A stretch of DNA of 64,000 nt, from IMG/VR virus record IMGVR_UViG_3300017707_000735, positions 1 to 64,000 of that record; one strand, written 5' to 3'. Positions 10,292-18,292 of the stretch are shown one piece after another. A program made the translations under genes and the position numbers. The notes under the pieces are model-generated. The model was given only the letters and a program-made list of their open reading frames with translations. It was not told the DNA's origin and did no database searches. Positions within the stretch are counted from its first letter, which is position 1, and each line of letters begins with the position of its first letter. The stretch comes from a virus. Lineage: Duplodnaviria; Caudoviricetes.

Positions 10292-11290
10292 ATGCCTAAT
10301 AATCCAAAAAAAGAAGCCCGTGTTGCAAAACGTGAGGCCCGTCAAGATGAAAAAAGAACTGTCAATCAGAAAAAAAAATATGACAGTTTTGTTAAACAAG
10401 GAGATAAGGAAAAAATGAAACTTGAGAAAAAGTATTCACCTACTCAAATTAGACAAATCATAGATGAGACTCCTGCGGGAATGAGAACTCCTTGGATGAA
10501 TAGTTATAAGGCACCTGCTACAATGAAAAAAGGAGGAGTTGCTAAATATCAAACGGGTGGTACTGCTAAAGCTGGTTTAGGTTCACCAAAAGCTAAAATT
10601 GCAGCTGCATCAAAAGCAATGAAGGGTATGAAGCCCGCTGCATCTAAAGTTGGTAAAACAGGTGCCGGTGCTGCTAAGTATAAAATGGGTGGTGCTAAGA
10701 AGTATCAAACCGGAGGAGGAACAGATCCGTATGCTTATAAAAAGAAAATGACTGATACTGCAAAGTATTGGGGTTCACAACCAAATGGTGAGTTTGATGA
10801 CTTAGCCTATACTAGAGATAACCTCTCTGATATGGAAAACACAAATGCGATGGACAGATCTTTTTATGACAGTTTAGGTCCTGTTGCACCAGGAAGAGCT
10901 AGAGCAGAATATGCACCTAGTTTTTCTCCAAGTAGAATAGCGTATACTAAAAGTAAATTAGCAGATTTAGAAACACCAAAACAAAAAAGAGGAGGTGCTG
11001 CTAAAGCTACTTACAAAACAGGTGGTATGGTAAATCCTAATGCTAAAGTTTCTGCACTTAAGAAAGCTGGATCTAAAGGAGTTAAGTCTGGAGTTAATCC
11101 TAAAGCAACTGCTGCTAAGCGTGCAACGGGTAGAGTAGGTGGTACATCTACGGCTCCTAAGAAGGCAATGCCAAAAGCTCAAATGGGCGGTAGTAAAACA
11201 CCATACATGAAGCCAACACCAATTGATTCTACCCTTACTAAAAAGGATGTGAAAAAAGTATTTAAGACTATTAAGAAAAGAAAAAACTAA
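10292..11290 (+). CDS. Basic K/A/G-rich protein with seven GG-motif repeats (putative virion-internal DNA-binding polyprotein)
   Basis: MKKGG, YQTGG, YKMGG, YQTGG, QKRGG, YKTGG, AQMGG; very Lys-rich. Confidence 0.75.
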   Translation: MPNNPKKEARVAKREARQDEKRTVNQKKKYDSFVKQGDKEKMKLEKKYSPTQIRQIIDETPAGMRTPWMNSYKAPATMKKGGVAKYQTGGTAKAGLGSPKAKIAAASKAMKGMKPAASKVGKTGAGAAKYKMGGAKKYQTGGGTDPYAYKKKMTDTAKYWGSQPNGEFDDLAYTRDNLSDMENTNAMDRSFYDSLGPVAPGRARAEYAPSFSPSRIAYTKSKLADLETPKQKRGGAAKATYKTGGMVNPNAKVSALKKAGSKGVKSGVNPKATAAKRATGRVGGTSTAPKKAMPKAQMGGSKTPYMKPTPIDSTLTKKDVKKVFKTIKKRKN

Positions 11291-11295
11291 ATAAG

Positions 11296-11463
11296 ATGGA
11301 AAACTATACAACAGGGAAACTTAAGAACCCAAATGCAAGTGTACAAGTACAAACAGTTCCGGGAAGCAAAGGGACCTTTGTTGGTCTTAATCCAGCAGCT
11401 ACTGTTCAGACAGTTGCTAAAGGTAGAGTAGGAGGAACTAGTGTTGCTCCAAAAAAATGCTGA
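11296..11463 (+). CDS. 55-aa basic protein missed by the ORF track; paralogue of an internal module of 10292..11290
   Basis: MENYTTGKLKNPNASVQVQTVPGSKGTFVGLNPAATVQTVAKGRVGGTSVAPKKC; ATG 11296, TGA 11461-11463; fills the gap between neighbours. Confidence 0.8.
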   Translation: MENYTTGKLKNPNASVQVQTVPGSKGTFVGLNPAATVQTVAKGRVGGTSVAPKKC

Positions 11464-11484
11464 GCCATCTAAAGAATTGAGATA

Positions 11485-11637
11485 ATGGCTAAGCAAATGC
11501 TTAAAAGAAAAGACGGTAGTTATTCCCAGAGAGGTCTCTGGGATAACATCCGTGCTGCTAAAGGTTCTGGAAAGAAACCTACTCAAGCAATGATTAAGCA
11601 AGAGAAAAAGATTAGAGCTACTACTAAAAAGAAATAG
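11485..11637 (+). CDS. 50-aa basic protein missed by the ORF track
   Basis: MAKQMLKRKDGSYSQRGLWDNIRAAKGSGKKPTQAMIKQEKKIRATTKKK; 16/50 K+R; TAG followed after 2 nt by the next ATG. Confidence 0.8.
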   Translation: MAKQMLKRKDGSYSQRGLWDNIRAAKGSGKKPTQAMIKQEKKIRATTKKK

Positions 11638-11639
11638 TC

Positions 11640-11792
11640 ATGGCAACAGCTAAGAAGAAAGATAAGAACTGGATTCAGAAAGCAGTTAATCCTGCTCACA
11701 AAGGCTATTGTACTCCAATGACAAAACCGACTTGTACACCAAAGCGTAAAGCATTGGCTAAGACATTTAAAGCAATGGCTAAAAAAAGATAA
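11640..11792 (+). CDS. 50-aa basic protein with a Cys pair, missed by the ORF track
   Basis: MATAKKKDKNWIQKAVNPAHKGYCTPMTKPTCTPKRKALAKTFKAMAKKR; 15/50 K+R and one acidic residue. Confidence 0.8.
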   Translation: MATAKKKDKNWIQKAVNPAHKGYCTPMTKPTCTPKRKALAKTFKAMAKKR

Positions 11793-11809
11793 TTATAAAA
11801 AATACAGAT

Positions 11810-12121
11810 ATGAAAAAGGCAAGTTTAGGAGCAATTGTCAAAAGCATAAGTTCAGGGGTAAAGGCTGGTAAGAAAACTTACAAAGCTGTTAAAACTGCAC
11901 AAAAAGTAAAAAAGGCTACTAAGGCTGCTAAAAATCCTAATGGATTTGATAGTGCTTTCTTAAAAGTATTTGGCTTAGCTGGTCTTGGTACAACTGCTGC
12001 CGCAATGAGTCAATACGGTGCTCAAAAGAAACGTTACATGGCTGAGGGTAAACGTAGAGAAGCTCTTAAAAAAGCTCAAAAACCTGCCGCTAAAAAACCT
12101 ACAAATACTAAAAAGAAATAA
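11810..12121 (+). CDS. Basic protein with a central Gly/Ala hydrophobic segment (103 aa)
   Basis: Lys-rich ends flanking AFLKVFGLAGLGTTAAAM; ends TKKK. Confidence 0.75.
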   Translation: MKKASLGAIVKSISSGVKAGKKTYKAVKTAQKVKKATKAAKNPNGFDSAFLKVFGLAGLGTTAAAMSQYGAQKKRYMAEGKRREALKKAQKPAAKKPTNTKKK

Positions 12122-12123
12122 TC

Positions 12124-12405
12124 ATGAAAGCACAAAACAAAACAAATCCACTTAAGCACTTTAATGATGTTAAAGAAGCTCAGTTAAAGAGAGCTAGCAA
12201 AGGTGCTATCATCAGTAATATGAATTCATTGCCTGAAGCACAACGTGGTGGTTGTAACTTTAGCCGTGCTCAAAAGAAAAACAAGAGAGCTAGAGCTTGG
12301 AACAACTTTAAAGAGAAAGCTGGTAATGTAGTAGGTGGTGTTCTTGGAGCAGGAGCTGCAGGTGCCGGTGGTTACTTTGCTTATAAAAAGCTTAAGAAAC
12401 AATAG
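12124..12405 (+). CDS. Basic protein with a GG motif and C-terminal glycine-zipper segment (93 aa)
   Basis: LPEAQRGG; VVGGVLGAGAAGAGGYFAYKKLKKQ. Confidence 0.75.
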   Translation: MKAQNKTNPLKHFNDVKEAQLKRASKGAIISNMNSLPEAQRGGCNFSRAQKKNKRARAWNNFKEKAGNVVGGVLGAGAAGAGGYFAYKKLKKQ

Positions 12406-12407
12406 TT

Positions 12408-12950
12408 ATGAAATCTCCTAAAGTTAAAGTTACTGCAGGTGGAGAAAAACATGTAGTATACAAGAAGACTACAAAAAGAGGTGAGGGAAAGGTTGGCAAC
12501 ATTATGGTCAACCACCCAACCAAAGATAAAGGGCAGTGGGACACAATAGATCTTACTGCCAAAGGAAGAGCAAAGACAATTAAACAGGGTGTGGCAGCTA
12601 CAAAGAAATGGCATAGAGATAACCCTGATTATGACTATAAAGGCAAAGGGTTGTCAAAGATGAAGTCTGGTGGAAGCACTGCAGCTTGGACACGCAAAGA
12701 AGGTAAGAATCCAGAGGGTGGTCTTAATGCTAAAGGTGTAGCAAGCTATAGAGCAGCTAATCCAGGTAGTAAACTTAAGACAGCTGTAACTACTAAACCT
12801 TCAAAGATTAAACCTGGAAGTGAAGCTGCAGGTAGACGCAAGTCTTTCTGTAGCAGAATGTCAGGGATGAAGAAAAAACTAACAAGTGCAAAGACAGCTA
12901 ATGATCCTAACTCAAGGATTAACAAGTCTTTAAGAAAGTGGAATTGTTAA
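12408..12950 (+). CDS. Two-domain basic protein; C-terminal domain resembles the widespread phage family AWxRKEGKNPxGGLN...SFCxRM...NKSLRKWNC (recalled as DUF6321)
   Basis: AWTRKEGKNPEGGLNAKG...RRKSFCSRMSGMKKKLTSAKTANDPNSRINKSLRKWNC, joined to the N-terminal domain by KMKSGG. Family name is from memory and not verified. Confidence 0.7.
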   Translation: MKSPKVKVTAGGEKHVVYKKTTKRGEGKVGNIMVNHPTKDKGQWDTIDLTAKGRAKTIKQGVAATKKWHRDNPDYDYKGKGLSKMKSGGSTAAWTRKEGKNPEGGLNAKGVASYRAANPGSKLKTAVTTKPSKIKPGSEAAGRRKSFCSRMSGMKKKLTSAKTANDPNSRINKSLRKWNC

Positions 12951-12971
12951 ATTTTATATATATAATTAATC

Positions 12972-13520
12972 ATGGCAACAACAAAAAAAACCAGTCCTAC
13001 AAAAATGGCTACCACGGCTATTAAGAAAAAGAAAGCTTCTTCTAAAAGAAGTACCTTAACACCTAATGCTCATACTTACCGTTCTAGAAAAGATGGCTCA
13101 CATGTGTTTAAATCAACTAATGAGAAGGGTAAGATTGACTACATTGGTAGTAGTCAAGATAGATCTAAAGGTGCCGGTATGAAAAGTAAAACTTTTTATG
13201 CTGGTTATGATGGTGGTGTTACTGGTTATGCTAAGAAACCTGTGAGTTATACAGTAACAAGCAGTAGTGATAGTAATAAGTCAGGGACTAAACACTTTGA
13301 AAAGAGTATTGATACTACAGGATTTGCTGCAGGTAAGAAAAACTTTACTGTTGTAAGTAAACAAAAGTTGCCGGGAGGTAATATGTATAAAATTACAAAG
13401 TCTAAGACTGATAGAAAAGGTGCTCTAGATACTATTAATAGAATGAAGAAGAGAGCAAGAAAACCTTTCACATCTTCAAAAGCAACTAGCTCTAAACCAT
13501 TAACTACCAAAAAGAAATAA
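12972..13520 (+). CDS. Basic K/S/T-rich protein (182 aa)
   Basis: Lys-rich, ends TTKKK, 2-nt spacing to the next ATG. Confidence 0.75.
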   Translation: MATTKKTSPTKMATTAIKKKKASSKRSTLTPNAHTYRSRKDGSHVFKSTNEKGKIDYIGSSQDRSKGAGMKSKTFYAGYDGGVTGYAKKPVSYTVTSSSDSNKSGTKHFEKSIDTTGFAAGKKNFTVVSKQKLPGGNMYKITKSKTDRKGALDTINRMKKRARKPFTSSKATSSKPLTTKKK

Positions 13521-13522
13521 TC

Positions 13523-14596
13523 ATGGCAAAGATGGCATGCGCTCAATGTGGTGGCGCAAAAAGAATGCAAGATGGAGGAACTGCTTCTAAGAAAGCAATA
13601 AGACAAGGTATGCGTGCAGTAAAAAAAGCAGACCGTCAGGATAAGCGTTACATGAATAAATATGAAAAACAAAAAGCTGAAGAACTTATGAAATCTAAAA
13701 GATTCCAAAAAGGTGGTATGACTGGTATTATTGGTATGCCTAAATATGGTAATAATCCAAATACTCAAGAAGGACGTATGCTTAAGAAGGGCGGCTCTGC
13801 TGCATCTAAAGGTTGTCCTGATGGATATTACTGGACTATTGATGGTTGTCAACCAAAGTATTCTGGTTATAAAGGACCATTATCATCTATTGGTGCTAAA
13901 TTAGGTGTTGGTTCTGGAATTGCTGCGGGCATTGGTATAGCTGCAAAAGCTATTAGTGATAGAAAGAAAAGAAAAGCAGCAGAGAAAGAAGAATCAATGA
14001 AGTTGGTTAACGATGCTAAAAAAATCAAAGACAAGTTGGCTCCTAAAAAACATGGGGGTCTTGCTAAAGCTGATTCTGGTATGCAGGTAAAACGTAATAT
14101 CACTAGACCTCTTCCTCCTAATACATCTGGTGTAAGAAAGAAATACGCTAATGGTGGAGTAACACAATCATTTGCTCAAAACCGTGCTGTAATGGCGTCA
14201 TGTAAAAATGGAATGGTTAGAGATGCTGGTGGTAAATGTGTTATGGAACGTAAGATGTCCAAAGGTGGTTTAGCAAAAGCACAAACTGGTACAACTGTAC
14301 CGGCAGGAACTGTGGTAAAAGGAGGTAAGGTCTGGAATGGTAAAGGATACAATCCTGCCCCTGTAAATCCAGCACCTGCTAATACTGTTCCTGTAGGAAC
14401 TGTTATCAACGATGGCAGAATCTGGAATGGAAAAGGTTATGATCCAGCTCCGGTAAAAGGAAAAAGAGGTGGTACTAAAATGGCTAAAGGAGGTATGACC
14501 AAAGCAAAGAAGTTTGCTGCACTAGCTCCACCATATAACAAAGCTACAGCTGCTGATAGAATTGCAGGCGCTAAGAAGAACTCAAGAAAAAAATAA
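13523..14596 (+). CDS. Basic K/G/A-rich protein with about seven GG-motif repeats (357 aa)
   Basis: MQDGG, FQKGG, LKKGG, KKHGG, YANGG, MSKGG, MAKGG; N-terminal CxxC; internal hydrophobic segment. Confidence 0.75.
   Translation: MAKMACAQCGGAKRMQDGGTASKKAIRQGMRAVKKADRQDKRYMNKYEKQKAEELMKSKRFQKGGMTGIIGMPKYGNNPNTQEGRMLKKGGSAASKGCPDGYYWTIDGCQPKYSGYKGPLSSIGAKLGVGSGIAAGIGIAAKAISDRKKRKAAEKEESMKLVNDAKKIKDKLAPKKHGGLAKADSGMQVKRNITRPLPPNTSGVRKKYANGGVTQSFAQNRAVMASCKNGMVRDAGGKCVMERKMSKGGLAKAQTGTTVPAGTVVKGGKVWNGKGYNPAPVNPAPANTVPVGTVINDGRIWNGKGYDPAPVKGKRGGTKMAKGGMTKAKKFAALAPPYNKATAADRIAGAKKNSRKK
14294..14455 (+). repeat. Degenerate 72-nt tandem duplication (TVPAGTVVKGGKVWNGKGYNPAPV / TVPVGTVINDGRIWNGKGYDPAPV)
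   Basis: Copies at 14294-14365 and 14384-14455. Confidence 0.8.
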
Positions 14597-14603
14597 TACT
14601 GTT

Positions 14604-15368
14604 ATGAAAAGTTCATTACCTAAAGCTAGATTTGGAAAAATAATCAAAGCCGTTGCTACAACAGGTAAAGCTGCTAAAGTTGTTAGATCAACTAGAAAAG
14701 TTGCAGGTACTACTATGGCTAAAGATGCCATAGCTGCAGCATCTAAAAGAACAACTGCAGCTAAGAAGGTGACAACAGCAGCTCCTAAAAAAACAACAGC
14801 TCAGCTAAAAGCTGAAAAATCTGCTGCTGATAAAAAGGCTAAAAATGTTGCACATGAAAAAACTGTGGCAGAAACTAAAAGAAGATCTGCTAAAAACACA
14901 GCTACCATTACTGCTAAACCTAAGTTAGAATCTGTTCCTAAACCAGCAGATGTTAAAAAAGCTAAAGGACCTAAAATCAGTAATAGTGTTTTGAAGAGTG
15001 CTCTAGAAGAAGCTTATGGAATTCCTAAAGCTACTAGAGGACGTCCAGCTAAAGCTAAAGTAGAAGCTCCAAAAGCGGAAGCACCTAAAGCTGAAACACC
15101 AAAGCCTGCAGAAGCTAAACCAAAAACTCCAACAACTTCAAAGAAGAAAACTACCACAGCTACTTCTAAGAAAAAACCTGAAGCCAAAAAGAAGGAAGAT
15201 CCTAAGAAAAAGGAAAAGCCTATGACTAAAGAGGAGATCAAAGACAACGCTGCAAAGTGGAAAAAAAGACTTGGTCTTAGTGTAGGTATTGCTGGTGGTC
15301 TTGGACTTTGGGCAGCATCTAAAAGTAAAGCAAAGAAAAAAGAAGGATGGAATCCACCTTATAAATAA
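14604..15368 (+). CDS. Histone H1-like K/A/P/T-rich protein with C-terminal hydrophobic segment; start revised from 14562 to 14604
   Basis: KAEAPKAETPKPAEAKPK-type repeats; LGLSVGIAGGLGLWAA near the C-terminus; ATG 14604 follows the upstream stop at 14596. Confidence 0.75.
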   Translation: MKSSLPKARFGKIIKAVATTGKAAKVVRSTRKVAGTTMAKDAIAAASKRTTAAKKVTTAAPKKTTAQLKAEKSAADKKAKNVAHEKTVAETKRRSAKNTATITAKPKLESVPKPADVKKAKGPKISNSVLKSALEEAYGIPKATRGRPAKAKVEAPKAEAPKAETPKPAEAKPKTPTTSKKKTTTATSKKKPEAKKKEDPKKKEKPMTKEEIKDNAAKWKKRLGLSVGIAGGLGLWAASKSKAKKKEGWNPPYK

Positions 15369-15373
15369 TTGAG

Positions 15374-16072
15374 ATGTTAAATAGTGTATTAACCATAAAA
15401 GTAAAACAACGCCTGAACAAATTAGATTCTCAGGACTATGACAACATTGAATGTTGGCAGATAGTAGAGGCATTTAATAAAGCTCAGGTAGAGTGGTCTA
15501 GAAGACAGCTTCATGGTTTGAATATAGTTAAAGAAGGTGATGAACAGTCAACAAGAAGAATTGATGACCTTCAAGCCTTGCTTATTACATCTACTATACC
15601 TGCTACTGATGAAGAGATATCATGGTCTATTGCTATCCCGGAAAATTATTTCCAGTGGAAAAGAGTAGATGCTTATGCTAATCAAGGTTGTTGTTCAGAT
15701 AGACGCATGGTAGTTTACTTAGCAGAAGAAGCTAACTTGAGTCAACTACTTAGAGATGATGCAAAGAAACCTAGCTTTGAGTGGGGTGAAACTTTTGCTA
15801 CCTTAAAGAATAACAGGATTTATGTTTACACTAATGGTGAGTTTAATGTGTCATCTATGGCGTTAACTTACTACAGACAACCGCAAAAGATTCAAGTTGA
15901 AGGTTGTGTAGATCCATACACAGGAGTGCAGTCTACTACAAATGTAGAATGTGAATTCAAAGATGATATAATTGAAGTAATAATTGATGAAGCAGTGAGC
16001 ATACTTGCTGGAGATATTGAGTCAGGAAACCAATTCTCTAGAGGTTCAGAAACTGCAGAACGTAACAACTAA
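15374..16072 (+). CDS. Head-tail connector / ring-type protein (232 aa)
   Basis: N-terminal KQRLNKLDSQDY...EAFNKAQ and C-terminal EVIIDEAV pattern, size and synteny of crAss-like ring proteins. Confidence 0.65.
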   Translation: MLNSVLTIKVKQRLNKLDSQDYDNIECWQIVEAFNKAQVEWSRRQLHGLNIVKEGDEQSTRRIDDLQALLITSTIPATDEEISWSIAIPENYFQWKRVDAYANQGCCSDRRMVVYLAEEANLSQLLRDDAKKPSFEWGETFATLKNNRIYVYTNGEFNVSSMALTYYRQPQKIQVEGCVDPYTGVQSTTNVECEFKDDIIEVIIDEAVSILAGDIESGNQFSRGSETAERNN

Positions 16073-16077
16073 TAGTA

Positions 16078-16527
16078 ATGGACAAACCAAGAATGTTAAA
16101 AAGAAATCCTGAGCCCGCAGCAAGTTATTCAGCACCGGCAGGAGGATCAATTGATTCAATGACGTCAGCATGTGTATCAGAGTTAATGAATGCTGCAACA
16201 AGCTTTCACAAACTTCACCTTAAAGTAACTGGTATAGGATCACATGCTGCACATACAGCGCTTAATGATTTGTATGATGCATTACCCGGACACGCGGATA
16301 GTTTAGCAGAAGGATATCAGGGAGCATCAGAAAAACTACTAGAGTACCAAGATGTATCTCCAAGATCACTTTCATCTGTAGAAGATGGTATAAGTTACCT
16401 TAGAGATATGTATGCAATGGTGACTAGCTTGCAAGCTAAGATGCCTTATTCTGAGATTGTAAATTCATTAGATACCCTAAAGGATAGCATCAACTCAGCT
16501 AAGTACAAACTTATTTTCTTAAAATAA
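16078..16527 (+). CDS. Dps/ferritin-like four-helix-bundle protein (149 aa)
   Basis: FHKLHLKVTGIGSHAAHTALNDLYDALPGHADSLAEGYQG matches the H...H.AL..LYD....D..AE pattern of phage Dps-like proteins. Confidence 0.7.
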   Translation: MDKPRMLKRNPEPAASYSAPAGGSIDSMTSACVSELMNAATSFHKLHLKVTGIGSHAAHTALNDLYDALPGHADSLAEGYQGASEKLLEYQDVSPRSLSSVEDGISYLRDMYAMVTSLQAKMPYSEIVNSLDTLKDSINSAKYKLIFLK

Positions 16528-16592
16528 TTTGGAAATCTTAATTTGATTTCCTATATTATAGTGTATATATTTATTAACTAAAAACAAAAACA

Positions 16593-18215
16593 ATGGCTTA
16601 TTTTAATCACGCCTTTAACAAAGTGTTCTTGGGAACAGGAAAAACAAATAATGATCTTCAGTTACCTGTAGGACTTGTTAGTACCGTTGAGGGTTACGTA
16701 ACAACAGAACATTCAATTCCTACTTATGGATTGAACCAATTGCATGACTATGCAATGCAAAGTGGTAGTCCTTACGAATCTGGATACTTTGGAGCATTCT
16801 ACTCTACAGGAGCTAATGCTAACAAATCTTGGACAGCTACTGACAACTGCTGCAGCATTTACTTTGCTGGTTCAGCTATCTACTCTAGCGACAAGATTGG
16901 TCCATTTGCTGGAGGTTACCAAGAGACTAACAAGTCTAAAATGGTTAACCCTAAGTATGTCTCTAGATTCTACCGTGTAGATCCTTGTCAACCATCTAAC
17001 AATGTAATCAACATTGGTCATACACCTTACACTAGCTCACGTGCTTTATCACTTGCTATTACAAATGATGGTGTTGATTTGGTAAACGGGGTTTATACAG
17101 ATATTCCATTGGTTGATACAACTGCTCCAACAGGATCAGGTCTTATTGTTACAATTACAGTTTCTGGAAACAATGTAACATTTGTAGAAATTACTAATGG
17201 TGGTACAGGATGGGTAACAGGTGATATTGTTACTACATCAACTGAATTGATTCCATATACAAACCCAGGTGGTGAAAATGCTCAACCTACATTTACAGTA
17301 ACTGCTGGAATTGGTGCTGACTGTTGTAGAGAATTCTTGTGTGGTGAAACTTATACTCTACGTGTAGACATCAAAGGTTCTCCAGCACTACGTTATTTGA
17401 ACCACAATGCTTATATCCTTGCTGATTACTATACAGGATGTTGCCCTACAGGAGATATCGCTCCTACACCAGTAGACTCAACATTGGTAATGATTGGATG
17501 GGCTAACCGTATTGTTAACTACCCAGTAGTTAATCCATTTGTTCTTCCTATTGTAATTGATGAAGCAGGTAATGAGTGGTACAAGCCAGGAACATTGAAT
17601 AACCTTGGACAACCAGTAGCTAATACTTGGGATAAATATGTATCTACAGGACACGCTGAAGGTGAGTGTGCAGGTTTGATCCTTAACGGAGCTTATGTTG
17701 ATACTAAGTTTGGTGATTGTACTTTCCAAGTATCTGACTTCTATGAAAAAGAGCCTGTACGTTTGTACGCTTCTGAAGTTGACTTGAATGGTGACCCATG
17801 TGAATTTAGTGGAGTATGTGTTATCACTGAGTGTCAACCTATCCAAGCACAAGGTTTTGGTGAGACAGTTCTACGTGAGTTGATTCTTTCTGAGAAATAC
17901 CGTCAGAACTTCTTCCACAGTGACTTCCGTATCCGTGAGATTACTCAAGGAAACCAGATTGTAAATGTTATTGACCGCAATGCATTGTATTTTAAGTACT
18001 ACTTATTGCACAATGTTCCACGTTTCAATAACCCATCAAGTACATTTGACAATGATCAATACTTGCTTGAGTTTGTAACTAATGCTCGTATTAATTCATT
18101 TGAAGCTGATATTACTGATTGGTTAGATACATGTGGTAACTTGTGTGAATTTGAAACATATGAGTGTGAATCTTCTTGTACACCAGTAGTACCAGTAGTA
18201 CCAGTTGTTGGCTAA
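16593..18215 (+). CDS. Virion structural protein (540 aa; auxiliary-capsid-like by synteny)
   Basis: Own AT-rich leader and downstream terminator, biased codons suggesting high expression, Thr/Gly-rich beta insert at about 17040-17310. Confidence 0.6.
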   Translation: MAYFNHAFNKVFLGTGKTNNDLQLPVGLVSTVEGYVTTEHSIPTYGLNQLHDYAMQSGSPYESGYFGAFYSTGANANKSWTATDNCCSIYFAGSAIYSSDKIGPFAGGYQETNKSKMVNPKYVSRFYRVDPCQPSNNVINIGHTPYTSSRALSLAITNDGVDLVNGVYTDIPLVDTTAPTGSGLIVTITVSGNNVTFVEITNGGTGWVTGDIVTTSTELIPYTNPGGENAQPTFTVTAGIGADCCREFLCGETYTLRVDIKGSPALRYLNHNAYILADYYTGCCPTGDIAPTPVDSTLVMIGWANRIVNYPVVNPFVLPIVIDEAGNEWYKPGTLNNLGQPVANTWDKYVSTGHAEGECAGLILNGAYVDTKFGDCTFQVSDFYEKEPVRLYASEVDLNGDPCEFSGVCVITECQPIQAQGFGETVLRELILSEKYRQNFFHSDFRIREITQGNQIVNVIDRNALYFKYYLLHNVPRFNNPSSTFDNDQYLLEFVTNARINSFEADITDWLDTCGNLCEFETYECESSCTPVVPVVPVVG

Positions 18216-18238
18216 TTAATTTATCACAAACTAGAATC

Positions 18239-18281
18239 GGGAGAGTGAGAGTTCCAAACTCTTCTCTCCCTTTCTTTTTTT
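18239..18281 (+). terminator. Intrinsic terminator
   Basis: GGGAGAG-T-GAGAGTT / AACTCTT-CTCTCCC stem followed by TTTCTTTTTTT. Confidence 0.85.
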
Positions 18282-18292
18282 ATATTACACCC

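Noticed and set aside
18176-18292. N-terminal extension of the ORF called at 18176
   Set aside because: Overlaps the previous gene and crosses a terminator; ATG 18293 is the plausible start. Similar corrections were made at 14604, 23390 and 33676.
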